IMG/VR virus record: IMGVR_UViG_3300047476_000704 | Coordinates: 64,001-128,000 of that record | Direction: 5' to 3' (one strand) | From: a virus | Length of the DNA: 64,000 nucleotides | Shown: piece by piece, positions 49,002-57,761 of the stretch | How positions within the stretch are numbered: the stretch's first letter is position 1 | How the letters are laid out: each line of letters begins with the position of its first letter | The notes under the pieces: model-generated | What the model saw: the letters and a program-made list of their open reading frames with translations, nothing else | Databases searched by the model: none | What the model was told of the DNA's origin: nothing | Translations under genes and position numbers: made by a program

Positions 49002-50093
49002 TTAAGCTATTATTTTACCAACAATAGTAACCTCATCGGTTATAGGGTTTAATCCGTATCCCAATTGTCCACCATCAAATGTAACTACATAGTTATTACC
49101 AGTTTGTACACCACTCCAAATAGTTGGTGCTATTTTAACACCATTTATATAAACTTTAACACCATCGGTTGCTGATAATGATAGTTCTTCCGGTGGAGTT
49201 ACTAATCTTGTGTTTGTAAATGATACTACATAAGTATCAGTTATTGTTCCAATCTTACTAGCATACAAATTGATATAATCAAATAGTAATTTATTATCGT
49301 TGTAATCACTCATCGTAATTCCGGCAGTTAATGCATCTCCAACCGATTTGTTTATATCAGTTTCTAATGTAGTAACAATTGCTCTTGTAGATATTGATTT
49401 TTTAATTGTACTTTCGTTATTTGCAGACTCCGGTAAAAGATATGCGTAAGTTGTTAGTGAAAAATTACTACGAACCAATCTTTCTTGATTATCTGTAATT
49501 TCGGTTAAACCCTCAAACCCATCTATTGTGGTTCTAAACTTAAACCCATCACGCTCTCCCCAATACTCTTGACTAGCCCATTGGAATTGCTCAACTATAC
49601 TATTCATATGTTCTGTATAGTTTGTCCAAATCATAATATCGTATGTAACATTTACATAATCTGGCATCGTTATATCAATGATTTCTTTTCTAGGTTTGAA
49701 ATTATTTAACAAAGAAAATTTATCATATCTATTTTTGTTAGAATATCCAACATAAGATTGGTAATGTAATTGACGATTCGGCATTGCCATCGTTTCATTT
49801 GCAGTTTGACCAGTGCGTTTGAACATAACCAATGGTAATTGTATCTTACCCCTTTGGTCACGATATACACCATCTATTTGTGCTGATTTCCATCTTTCTG
49901 CGTTTCCATATATTATAGGAACTGTTATTTCTTTACCATCCAATTTTAATTTTGGAACAATAACATCTCTCATATACGAAAATATTGCCTCATCCACATC
50001 GTATATACTAATACCACGTTTATAGGTAATACCTTCTCTCGGCATTTGTTCTGCACGATTGATTGGTTTGCGTAGTGGATTATTTGTTGCCAT
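49002..50093 (-). CDS. Tail terminator/sheath stabiliser (gp15-like) with C-terminal extension
   Basis: VPIIYGNAERW...LPLVMFKRT...PDYVNVTYDIMIWT...MNSIVEQ. Confidence 0.72.
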   Translation of the reverse strand: MATNNPLRKPINRAEQMPREGITYKRGISIYDVDEAIFSYMRDVIVPKLKLDGKEITVPIIYGNAERWKSAQIDGVYRDQRGKIQLPLVMFKRTGQTANETMAMPNRQLHYQSYVGYSNKNRYDKFSLLNNFKPRKEIIDITMPDYVNVTYDIMIWTNYTEHMNSIVEQFQWASQEYWGERDGFKFRTTIDGFEGLTEITDNQERLVRSNFSLTTYAYLLPESANNESTIKKSISTRAIVTTLETDINKSVGDALTAGITMSDYNDNKLLFDYINLYASKIGTITDTYVVSFTNTRLVTPPEELSLSATDGVKVYINGVKIAPTIWSGVQTGNNYVVTFDGGQLGYGLNPITDEVTIVGKIIA

Positions 50094-50094
50094 A

Positions 50095-50550
50095 TTATTC
50101 TACTCTTGGTTTAATGTTCAATTGAGATAAACGAGTCAAACGTGTTGTACATTCAATACCAAAATTATTTTCCGATTGCATACCTACCAATTGTGTTTGG
50201 TTGGTATTTGTAATTTCATAAAAACTATCATTGAAATAAAAGAAATCACCAATTTCTGGATAAATATCTTTTACAATACAAGTATCTTGATTTACTCTTA
50301 CTACTACTTCTTGCTCCGTATCTTGTCCAAAACCATCATATTGTTGTGTTTCATCACCATATTGTAAAACCGCAAATACGGATACTCCATCATAGTATGA
50401 TTTATCCAACGATTCACCATATAGATTTACCTTTGTTTCACCCACTATCAGTTTATAAAAGAACACTTGTGTTTGGATTACCGAATCCACAAGCTCTCTA
50501 CTTATATTTTGAAAAAAATTGTAATCTCTTGTACCTATAAAACGTGGCAT
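50095..50550 (-). CDS. Neck/head-closure protein (gp14-like)
   Basis: NLYGES..K.Y; YPEIGDFF..FYEI. Confidence 0.7.
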   Translation of the reverse strand: MPRFIGTRDYNFFQNISRELVDSVIQTQVFFYKLIVGETKVNLYGESLDKSYYDGVSVFAVLQYGDETQQYDGFGQDTEQEVVVRVNQDTCIVKDIYPEIGDFFYFNDSFYEITNTNQTQLVGMQSENNFGIECTTRLTRLSQLNIKPRVE

Positions 50551-50554
50551 ACTA

Positions 50555-51721
50555 TTATCCTATATAAAATGGCATTGGTATTTTGTTCAACATCTTTTGT
50601 ACATTATCAGCCTCTTGCATTCTGTATTCCATTTGCTTTGGTCTACTCAACTCTTCCAAATTTTGACGAAGTTGTTCGTACAATCTATCTTTATCGTTTT
50701 GTGCTTCTGCTCTTAATGCTGCACCATCTAGCGAAACCTCACCTTCTGGGATTGGAATGGTTGCATATTTCTCTCTAATAGCACCTAATAGTTCCTTTGC
50801 TAATGCTAATGTATATTTCCAAATCCATTGCTTACCAACAGAATTGATTGTTCTATATGGAATAAAATCGTAATTTACATTTGAGTAAGATGATACTGCG
50901 CCTGGTTTCTTTTGAATTGCATTTTCATCTCTATCTTCAACCACAATATAATCAAACCAAATATTAGCAGGAGTTTTATCGGTAGGAACTGGAAATATGT
51001 GTAATTGATTGTTTACTATATTGAATGAATATGCACTTCTACGAACCTGGTCATTAAACTCAATTGCTTGAATACGAAGTAAATCTTCATAAATGGGCAT
51101 CATTACAAATTGTGCTGCTGGGGAGAATGAACTAAATCCAAACTCGTCCATAAGGTTTAGAGTACCTTTCGCAGAAACTGCGTATGGGTCAAAGAAACGA
51201 GAGATTGCAGGTGTGTTTTCATAATACACCTTTTTTATTTCAATTCGTTTACCACTTTCACTTACCTCTGCCCATAGGTGATTCAAATCGTATTTACCTA
51301 CACCAATCGTAGTTGCAAATGAACCTGATTTTTGTGATGTATAACCACCAACTTCTGCTTCTTGCCCATAAGAGTTTGCAATTTTAATTAAAGAACCCAT
51401 ATTAGTTCCCTCTACATATGTGTTTGTAAAGTTAGAACCAGTGGATTGCCCCATCAAATTAGATAGGTTATTACGGATATTAAATTGATTTACTTGTGCA
51501 GAGTATTCACTAATTGCTTCCTCAAAACAAGCGTAAATGTTTTCCGGTAATAGTTCAATATTTTGTATTGGGTAACCCAATCTTTTTGCAACCCAATCAC
51601 CTACGCGAGGTCCATCGGCTTGAAAGTTTATATCATCATCGTAAATACCAAAAGGTGTTGAACCAGAGATTGCAGAACCACTCCCAGGCCAATTTATATT
51701 AGTTACTAAATCTGCTGCCAT
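50555..51721 (-). CDS. Neck/head-completion protein (gp13-like)
   Basis: LGYPIQNIEL...EEAISEY; W...YTLALAKELLG..R.KY...GEVSLDG..L..EA. Confidence 0.8.
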   Translation of the reverse strand: MAADLVTNINWPGSGSAISGSTPFGIYDDDINFQADGPRVGDWVAKRLGYPIQNIELLPENIYACFEEAISEYSAQVNQFNIRNNLSNLMGQSTGSNFTNTYVEGTNMGSLIKIANSYGQEAEVGGYTSQKSGSFATTIGVGKYDLNHLWAEVSESGKRIEIKKVYYENTPAISRFFDPYAVSAKGTLNLMDEFGFSSFSPAAQFVMMPIYEDLLRIQAIEFNDQVRRSAYSFNIVNNQLHIFPVPTDKTPANIWFDYIVVEDRDENAIQKKPGAVSSYSNVNYDFIPYRTINSVGKQWIWKYTLALAKELLGAIREKYATIPIPEGEVSLDGAALRAEAQNDKDRLYEQLRQNLEELSRPKQMEYRMQEADNVQKMLNKIPMPFYIG

Positions 51722-51742
51722 AATTTGCTGTTATATACCTAA

Positions 51743-51751
51743 TATAAATAT
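51743..51751 (-). promoter_or_regulatory. ATATTTATA putative late promoter
   Basis: After the early-cassette terminator, before the neck gene. Confidence 0.68.
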
Positions 51752-51776
51752 AAGATTTACAAATTAGGATATAAAC

Positions 51777-51807
51777 AAAAAGACTACCCACAAAGTGAGT
51801 AGTCTTT
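51777..51807 (-). terminator. Intrinsic terminator closing the early cassette
   Basis: AGACTACTCAC-TTT-GTGGGTAGTCT followed by TTTTGTTT. Confidence 0.85.
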
Positions 51808-51847
51808 AACAACCAAAATGAAAAATCAAAAAACTCAAACTATACCC

Positions 51848-52207
51848 TTACAACCCCTGCTCTCTACGGAGGTCGTATTCTTCTTTATCATACTCCGAAT
51901 ACTCAACCACTTTTAAATAAGGGTCAAACTTTGTTTCATAGTAGCCACGCAGATTAGCAATATCAATCATCGTATCAATAAACGATTTACGGGCATAAGT
52001 CATATCGGATGAACCAAACCCCTGGTCTTCTGGCCAATCGGAGTAATCTTCTGCAACCTCATTCAACGCATCAAATACCGCATCTACATAAGTAATTACT
52101 CGTTTAGTATAACGTCCCTCAACTGGGAAAGAATTTTTAACAACATCAAACCCCTCCACCAAAGAAGCGGTTTCTAAAACGGAATTAAGATTAAAAGGAA
52201 TACTCAT
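51848..52207 (-). CDS. Hypothetical early protein
   Basis: Start moved to MSIPFNL (ATG at 52207), downstream of promoter copy 1. Confidence 0.65.
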   Translation of the reverse strand: MSIPFNLNSVLETASLVEGFDVVKNSFPVEGRYTKRVITYVDAVFDALNEVAEDYSDWPEDQGFGSSDMTYARKSFIDTMIDIANLRGYYETKFDPYLKVVEYSEYDKEEYDLRREQGL

Positions 52208-52244
52208 AGTAGAAATGTTTAAATGTTTAACTCTCAATGTTTAG

Positions 52245-52276
52245 CAAAGTTACAAATAATAAATGAGAAAGTCAAG
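52245..52276 (-). promoter_or_regulatory. Early promoter module copy 1
   Basis: CTTG-20 nt-TAACTTTG within a repeated module. Confidence 0.8.
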
Positions 52277-52294
52277 TCTTTCTCAAATTATTTT

Positions 52295-52882
52295 TTAAAT
52301 ATTTTGTAATGCTTTCTGAATTACTGCTTCGGTGTAAGAATAACCTCGCAACTTTTCTATTGCCTGTTCCAAACTCAAAACACCCCACACATACTCACCA
52401 GCCATCATTGCCTTCAAACCACGTTTTGCTTCCGGCCAAGTACCATAAGGAGCTTTTCCGTTGAAACTTACATACTTTGCATTGAACTCAATTTCAGTAC
52501 CATTATCGGTTTTACCATTCTCTCCATATTCGTAGATGTCATGCATACCATCGTAATGACCACCTTTGAACATATTACAGAAAGAAGAAATCTCTTTATA
52601 CTCCGGAGTTTCATACTCAATCCCTTCACCATTAGGGTAACAAGCATAAAGGTCAGAAGAAGAACCTCCAGCAAAGGTTTGAGATTTACCCCACACTAGC
52701 ATAGTAGGATATTTAACTTTCATAAACTGTTTGAACATTAAAGGAACTTCTTTACGTCCGATACTGATAACCGGGTTGGAAAGGGGCTCTCCCCAATAAG
52801 ATTTAGTTCTTAAACAAGCGGCTGGTAACTCATATTGAATACCTAATAAGTTGAATTTGATTGTTTTTTTAGAAGAAGCCAT
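52295..52882 (-). CDS. LPD29-like (large polyvalent protein-associated) domain protein
   Basis: KVKYPT...FAGGSSSDLY...FKGGHYDGMHDIYEY...AKYV matches my recollection of LPD29. Confidence 0.5.
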   Translation of the reverse strand: MASSKKTIKFNLLGIQYELPAACLRTKSYWGEPLSNPVISIGRKEVPLMFKQFMKVKYPTMLVWGKSQTFAGGSSSDLYACYPNGEGIEYETPEYKEISSFCNMFKGGHYDGMHDIYEYGENGKTDNGTEIEFNAKYVSFNGKAPYGTWPEAKRGLKAMMAGEYVWGVLSLEQAIEKLRGYSYTEAVIQKALQNI

Positions 52883-52918
52883 ATTATTATCGTTTTATGT
52901 TTAACTCTTATTACATAG

Positions 52919-52950
52919 TAAAGATACGCAATTCAGATATAAAAGTCAAG
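52919..52950 (-). promoter_or_regulatory. Early promoter module copy 2
   Basis: CTTG-20 nt-TATCTTTA. Confidence 0.8.
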
Positions 52951-52961
52951 TCTTTTAGCAA

Positions 52962-53423
52962 TTATTTTTTAAAATTTTTTAAATTTTTTATAATTGCATC
53001 CACTCGGAGTTTTGTTTCCAAATTACCATATCCGGTGTAACTTTTTACAAAACAAAAAGTAGTAATATTACCTCCCCTTACAATACAATATATTTCATTA
53101 CCATTGGATTCACCATTATCATTTGTTAAGGATACCACCAATTGCTTTCCATACGATTCGGATTTAGATGCTTCACTATCAAATTTGGTAGTTGATAATG
53201 GGAATTGTGTAACCTTAATACCATAATCCTTATTAGCTGGAAAATTGGTTTGTTCTATATTAGTTACTATTTCCTTAATCTGATTCTTAATCAAATCATT
53301 CAGCTTAATAGTACCCACCTTTGTATAATTGCCGGTAGTAGTTTCATACGATACTGGCAATTCCGATTGGGTTAATATTCTCTGGTCTAATCTTTCACTA
53401 AAGTGTTTTTTATTTTTCTCCAT
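52962..53423 (-). CDS. Hypothetical protein
   Basis: 153-aa ORF, KHFSERL motif. Confidence 0.65.
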   Translation of the reverse strand: MEKNKKHFSERLDQRILTQSELPVSYETTTGNYTKVGTIKLNDLIKNQIKEIVTNIEQTNFPANKDYGIKVTQFPLSTTKFDSEASKSESYGKQLVVSLTNDNGESNGNEIYCIVRGGNITTFCFVKSYTGYGNLETKLRVDAIIKNLKNFKK

Positions 53424-53664
53424 TTGTTTTTGCTACAATTTCCAAATCACCCTGAACAATTACCGTCCTTCCATATACATCATCAAACATAATACCCTTA
53501 CCATAAATCCTAAATGAATTTGCGTAATATCGTTTACCATTTTCCGATGTGATTTCATATTTTGCTTTATCACTTTTACCAGGAATTGCAAATGTAAGTG
53601 CTACTACAATTGATGCTATTAGTAATGCACCCAATCCAGCCAATATATTTTTAAATGTTATCAT
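53410..53664 (-). CDS. Small membrane-anchored protein
   Basis: Start moved to MITFKNIL (53664); N-terminal hydrophobic helix. Confidence 0.62.
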   Translation of the reverse strand: MITFKNILAGLGALLIASIVVALTFAIPGKSDKAKYEITSENGKRYYANSFRIYGKGIMFDDVYGRTVIVQGDLEIVAKTNGEK

Positions 53665-53788
53665 TCTTATCAAATTTTTTAAAATCGTTAATTAAATAAA
53701 CCAAACCACCAAGATATAGTGATGCTAGTAAGAATAGATATATTCCGTCTACTACATAATCTATTGTACTATAAATGTATCCTAACAT
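53651..53788 (-). CDS. 45-aa hydrophobic microprotein (not in ORF track)
   Basis: MLGYIYSTIDYVVDGIYLFLLASLYLGGLVYLINDFKKFDKNDNI; fills the gap and overlaps the next gene. Confidence 0.6.
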   Translation of the reverse strand: MLGYIYSTIDYVVDGIYLFLLASLYLGGLVYLINDFKKFDKNDNI

Positions 53789-53792
53789 AATT

Positions 53793-54053
53793 TTATAAAT
53801 AACATTGTTTATTTGTAAGTGCTAATAATTTAATAACTCGCAGATTATCACTATCTGCACGAGTAACAGCTCCAACCAAATCATTGGCACATACTGCTTC
53901 AACGAATCCTCCTCCCGCGTAAGAGGTTTTATCTCGCGTAACCATAATTGACACCATAGTATCAATATTATGCTCACTAACAACAGGAAATTCATTTTTC
54001 CAGTCATTGATAAATTCAATAGCTCGCTCTCTATACTTGTCTCTAATATCCAT
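53793..54053 (-). CDS. Hypothetical protein
   Basis: 86-aa ORF in the cassette. Confidence 0.65.
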   Translation of the reverse strand: MDIRDKYRERAIEFINDWKNEFPVVSEHNIDTMVSIMVTRDKTSYAGGGFVEAVCANDLVGAVTRADSDNLRVIKLLALTNKQCYL

Positions 54054-54057
54054 AAAT

Positions 54058-54222
54058 TTATTTTTTAATTAAAATATTTAAATCAAATTGTTTCTGAATG
54101 AAAAAATCTAATTTCCGATGTATGTGGTCTATTTCATAGATGTCTTCGTTTTTAACCGCTTCTACTAATCTAGATGTCCAATACTCAATTTTTTCAAAAT
54201 AACCATTTTTGTAAGTTGCCAT
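54058..54222 (-). CDS. 54-aa protein (not in ORF track)
   Basis: MATYKNGYFEKIEYWTSRLVEAVKNEDIYEIDHIHRKLDFFIQKQFDLNILIKK; fills the gap exactly. Confidence 0.65.
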   Translation of the reverse strand: MATYKNGYFEKIEYWTSRLVEAVKNEDIYEIDHIHRKLDFFIQKQFDLNILIKK

Positions 54223-54225
54223 ATG

Positions 54226-54417
54226 TTATTTGTTTAGGATTAAAATATCAACTAATAATCGTTCTGTCTTTTTGTAAAATGCCTTTCCAATATAATCATT
54301 GAAATACATTAAATCGTTTTTGGTAATCAAATCAACAACCATAGTACGATTAAGAAAACGGAGTTCTAAACCACCTGTTAAAAACTCTAAATAGTGAGGG
54401 AGATTTTTGAATTTCAT
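54226..54417 (-). CDS. Small hypothetical protein
   Basis: 63 aa, first gene after promoter copy 3. Confidence 0.62.
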   Translation of the reverse strand: MKFKNLPHYLEFLTGGLELRFLNRTMVVDLITKNDLMYFNDYIGKAFYKKTERLLVDILILNK

Positions 54418-54450
54418 AACTTTATTATTTTATGTTTAACTGATGTTTAG

Positions 54451-54482
54451 TAAAGGTAAGTATAATAAATGAAAAAGTCAAG
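54451..54482 (-). promoter_or_regulatory. Early promoter module copy 3
   Basis: CTTG-20 nt-TACCTTTA. Confidence 0.8.
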
Positions 54483-54498
54483 TCTTTTTTAAAATATT

Positions 54499-54681
54499 TT
54501 ACAAACTATGTCCAAGTTTTTTGTTGATTGAAATCATATGTTTACAAGGTGAATATCTACGGAACTCTCTAGCTTCACAATTACAGCCGGTAATTTTCCA
54601 ATCTTCAACTGTTACTTTGTAGTATTTTAACTTACCAGTCTTTTTATCCCTACTACCCATTTCTGTATAAAACCATTTCAT
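54499..54681 (-). CDS. SWIM-type zinc finger protein
   Basis: Start moved to MKWFY (54681); CNC-x10-CKH. Confidence 0.72.
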   Translation of the reverse strand: MKWFYTEMGSRDKKTGKLKYYKVTVEDWKITGCNCEAREFRRYSPCKHMISINKKLGHSL

Positions 54682-54692
54682 ATTTTTATTGT

Positions 54693-54758
54693 TTAGTAAC
54701 CTAACATTTTTAAAACTCGCAAACCAAACCAAATTGAATCAAAAATTAAAACTTTCAT
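54693..54758 (-). CDS. 21-aa microprotein (not in ORF track)
   Basis: MKVLIFDSIWFGLRVLKMLGY, first ATG-led ORF of useful length after promoter copy 4. Confidence 0.4.
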   Translation of the reverse strand: MKVLIFDSIWFGLRVLKMLGY

Positions 54759-54780
54759 ATCATTAACTCTTATTACATAG

Positions 54781-54812
54781 TAAAGGTACGCAACAATAAG
54801 CAAAATGTCAAG
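54781..54812 (-). promoter_or_regulatory. Early promoter module copy 4
   Basis: CTTG-20 nt-TACCTTTA. Confidence 0.8.
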
Positions 54813-54848
54813 TCTTTTCTAAAATATTTTTAATTATTTTTTGGGCAT

Positions 54849-54872
54849 AAAAAAACCCACCGAAGTGGGTTT
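54849..54872 (-). terminator. Intrinsic terminator upstream of the early cassette
   Basis: AAACCCAC-TTCG-GTGGGTTT plus T-run. Confidence 0.88.
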
Positions 54873-54891
54873 AGATACTTTGTAAGTCCAA

Positions 54892-55128
54892 TTATTCTAA
54901 AATAATTACTGAACCCGTTACATTTATTAAACCAGCTGGATAGCAAGGGAATATTTGATGATTATCAATTGATGCTAAACTAATACTGCCTCCACCTTGC
55001 AACGATATACTACCACTTGGATTTCCTTCACCTCGCATTACTCCCCAACATTTTGGGTAATTTGAACCAGGTCCTAATGCAACCGAACTACTTACGATTG
55101 ATACTTTGAATGCTCTATATTCTGCCAT
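54892..55128 (-). CDS. Small putative capsid-associated protein
   Basis: 78 aa, beta-rich, SGS motif; in the late unit after the capsid gene. Confidence 0.55.
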   Translation of the reverse strand: MAEYRAFKVSIVSSSVALGPGSNYPKCWGVMRGEGNPSGSISLQGGGSISLASIDNHQIFPCYPAGLINVTGSVIILE

Positions 55129-55140
55129 TTTATTTTATTT

Positions 55141-55398
55141 TTATGATGCTAATGTTACTGCTTTCCAAGCCGTTCCGTTGTAAAAATACAAAGAAGAACC
55201 AGATACTGCCAACGAACCAGTTGTTGCTGATGGTAGTGGGTTTTGTGGTAATAATGTTATTTTATCCAATGATGTATGAATCGCATCCAATGTTGAATAT
55301 GCAAATTGAAATTCATCATCAGTTACCACCATTACTTTGGTGCTACCACTTGGTGCTATAATATCTAAATCGTGTGCTCTATGTAATGAGTTTGCCAT
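55141..55398 (-). CDS. Small putative capsid-associated protein
   Basis: LPSATTGSLAVSGSSLYFYNGTAWK fibre-like motif. Confidence 0.55.
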   Translation of the reverse strand: MANSLHRAHDLDIIAPSGSTKVMVVTDDEFQFAYSTLDAIHTSLDKITLLPQNPLPSATTGSLAVSGSSLYFYNGTAWKAVTLAS

Positions 55399-55422
55399 TT
55401 TAACCCTATTGTTTTTATATTA

Positions 55423-55431
55423 TATAAATAT
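55423..55431 (-). promoter_or_regulatory. ATATTTATA putative late promoter
   Basis: Intergenic copy. Confidence 0.62.
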
Positions 55432-55436
55432 ATAGT

Positions 55437-55997
55437 TTATTTCTTTTTAATAAATCTACCATTTTCATCTTTTTTAAGATTACGATTTTTTAACCACATT
55501 CTACGCTCTTCGTATTTTGTTTCACCTTCATCACCATACTTATCAACAAACCATTCCAATGAATATCTACCCTTTGCTTTTTCTTTTTGTATTTGTTTGG
55601 TTTCGTTTGAATGAGTTTTACCATACATGCCATTTTTTTCACCTTTGGCAATAATTCTCATTTTTTCAACCCATTCCATATATTCATCCGTATCTCGTCT
55701 ACCTTCCCAATTATCGCCACCAGCTCCTCTGTAAGTATCGTTATACCCACCCTTTACTGAATTATGTGCTAGTATCAATTCTTCTTCCAATTTTTGTGCC
55801 ATAGTTGGTTCTACCTCACAAATAATCTCTTTAATCATATTATCCCAACCATATTTACGAATTGCTTTATATAAAGAATTTTTTTTATTTTTGGTATAAG
55901 CATTACATTTGTGAGAAGACATTCTACAATCAAAATCATTTGTTCTACCAATATACACTTTTCCATTTGGTGAACTTATTTTATATATTACATCCAT
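55437..55997 (-). mobile_element. Free-standing GIY-YIG homing endonuclease with NUMOD3-like motif
   Basis: VIYKI-x7-YIGRT...RMSSH...E; KGEKNGMYGKTHSNETK. Confidence 0.85.
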
Positions 55998-56010
55998 AGA
56001 ATTACTTTTA

Positions 56011-56019
56011 TATAAATAT
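56011..56019 (-). promoter_or_regulatory. ATATTTATA putative late promoter of the endonuclease
   Basis: Between the capsid terminator and the endonuclease ATG. Confidence 0.62.
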
Positions 56020-56041
56020 AAGTTTTATGGAAAAATAGCAC

Positions 56042-56073
56042 AAAAAAAGAGAGGATTTCTCCTCTCTCTTTTC
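56042..56073 (-). terminator. Intrinsic terminator after major capsid gene
   Basis: AGAGAGGA-GAAA-TCCTCTCT followed by a T-run. Confidence 0.88.
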
Positions 56074-56094
56074 AGTTTACCTTTGATTGTTGGA

Positions 56095-57741
56095 TTAGAT
56101 ATTAGCCAAACCTTCAACCAAGATTTTCCCGTAAAATTCTGGTCTCACGAGCTTCTTCGCGTAACGAGTCATAACACCTCTACGTGGAGTAAAGTTATCT
56201 GGGTCGTACACTAATGGAGTTAAAATCAATGGTACATATGGAGCGTAAACCGCACCTGTCTCAAGGAAGTTGTTTCCTTTGTAACCTAACAAGATTTCGT
56301 TAGAAGTCATGTATGGGTTTTTGTAAACAGTGTAGCGATTTGCCAATGAACCTACTTGAGTTACACCAGCTGCAAATTGTTTAGCATCTTTATCAGCGTT
56401 TACAGAGAAAGCTGGGATTGATTCTAAAATAGTACAAACGTCAGGAGAAGCAACGATAAAGTTAGCTCCACCACGCATTGTCAATTGGTGAATCTTGTTA
56501 GATACTTTGTTCAATTTAGTTCCCAAAGTCTGGAACCAAGTGTTTTTAGTGTAAGCACTTGCGTTAGATGAATCAGAATCAATTGCGAATGCTGAACCAT
56601 TCCACTCATTACCAATCTTTGTAGACCAGTATTCAGTAGTCAATGCATTTCCTTTCAATAAATCCAAGATTTCCAAGTCAATCTCTAATGAGATATATTC
56701 AGATAACATAGCAGTCAATTCAGCTTCTGCATCAATTGAGTGGTATGCGTTCAAATCTTGTGCTAATTCAGGAGTCCACACTGCTTTCAACTTACGAGTT
56801 TTAGCAACGATTGCTTCCGATTTCAATTCTAAGTCAACTTGTGGGATGTTCAAGTTAGTACCTGAAGATGGGTTAGAGATTGGGTCTCTATCTTCGAAGT
56901 CACCACGAGAAGTTGCAGTTGGTTGTACAGAGTAAACCAAACCTACAGTTGCAGAAGTTGAACCTGATGCCAATACTGATGAACTTACGATTAACGAAAC
57001 AGTTCCGTTAGAAGAGTAAGTAGTCAATGCTGGGTAGTAAGTGTTGATTGAACCAGAAGTTCCACCTTGTAATGAACCAGATACATAGAATGAACGAACT
57101 GCGTTAGTATCAGCAGATAATGCTGCTACTGAAGCAGATGCTAAAGTAATTTTGTACAAGTTACCAGCAGCCATAGATGCAGATAAAGATGTATCAAAAT
57201 TCAAATCAGACATTGCAGTAACTTTAGCTGCAGTAGCGAAAGATACGATAGCAGATTGGTCATTAACCGAATATGCATAACGACCATCGCCATAAAGACC
57301 GTTTTGAGGAGCGTTAGTTGAACCTAACTTCGCTGCTGATGTTCCACCATACAAAGATGTGCTAGATGCATCACCATATCCTTTTCCAGTTGTACCATAT
57401 TTGAAATCCATGTAGAAAATCAAACCTGATGGTAAGTTCATTGGTTGTACCGAAACAAATTCCTTTGCTGCGATTTCACCGAAGATACGGCGAACCAATG
57501 GTAAAGCTACACCAGACCATTCTTCTGAACCAGCAGAAAAACCTGTCTTTGTAGTCTCATCTAATAATTGTTTTGCTTGGTTTTCCAAGATTACAGCCAT
57601 TCCGTGCTCTTCTGTTGCACCAGCTAAACCTTCCAATAAACCAGTTTTTTCCCACTTGTTTTTCAACCCGCGAGTTTGCTCAAGCATAACCGCAGTTGGG
57701 TTTTTGCCTTCCATAAGCTTGTTTAAATCAAATTGTGCCAT
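56095..57741 (-). CDS. Major capsid protein (T4 gp23-like)
   Basis: KWEKTGLLEGL, LPLVRR, VQPMNLPSGLIF, KTRKLKAVWTPELAQDL, YAPYVPL, GVMTRYAK. Confidence 0.97.
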   Translation of the reverse strand: MAQFDLNKLMEGKNPTAVMLEQTRGLKNKWEKTGLLEGLAGATEEHGMAVILENQAKQLLDETTKTGFSAGSEEWSGVALPLVRRIFGEIAAKEFVSVQPMNLPSGLIFYMDFKYGTTGKGYGDASSTSLYGGTSAAKLGSTNAPQNGLYGDGRYAYSVNDQSAIVSFATAAKVTAMSDLNFDTSLSASMAAGNLYKITLASASVAALSADTNAVRSFYVSGSLQGGTSGSINTYYPALTTYSSNGTVSLIVSSSVLASGSTSATVGLVYSVQPTATSRGDFEDRDPISNPSSGTNLNIPQVDLELKSEAIVAKTRKLKAVWTPELAQDLNAYHSIDAEAELTAMLSEYISLEIDLEILDLLKGNALTTEYWSTKIGNEWNGSAFAIDSDSSNASAYTKNTWFQTLGTKLNKVSNKIHQLTMRGGANFIVASPDVCTILESIPAFSVNADKDAKQFAAGVTQVGSLANRYTVYKNPYMTSNEILLGYKGNNFLETGAVYAPYVPLILTPLVYDPDNFTPRRGVMTRYAKKLVRPEFYGKILVEGLANI

Positions 57742-57761
57742 TTGTTTTTGTTCCTTATTTT

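Noticed and set aside
53777-54707. MLGY ends the 21-aa peptide and begins the 45-aa peptide
   Set aside because: Only four residues with differing codons; most likely coincidence.
56095-57741. Intron or intein in capsid, sheath or recA
   Set aside because: Reading frames are continuous and of normal size; the capsid insertion is Ser/Thr/Ala-rich with no splicing motifs, and the endonuclease is outside the gene.
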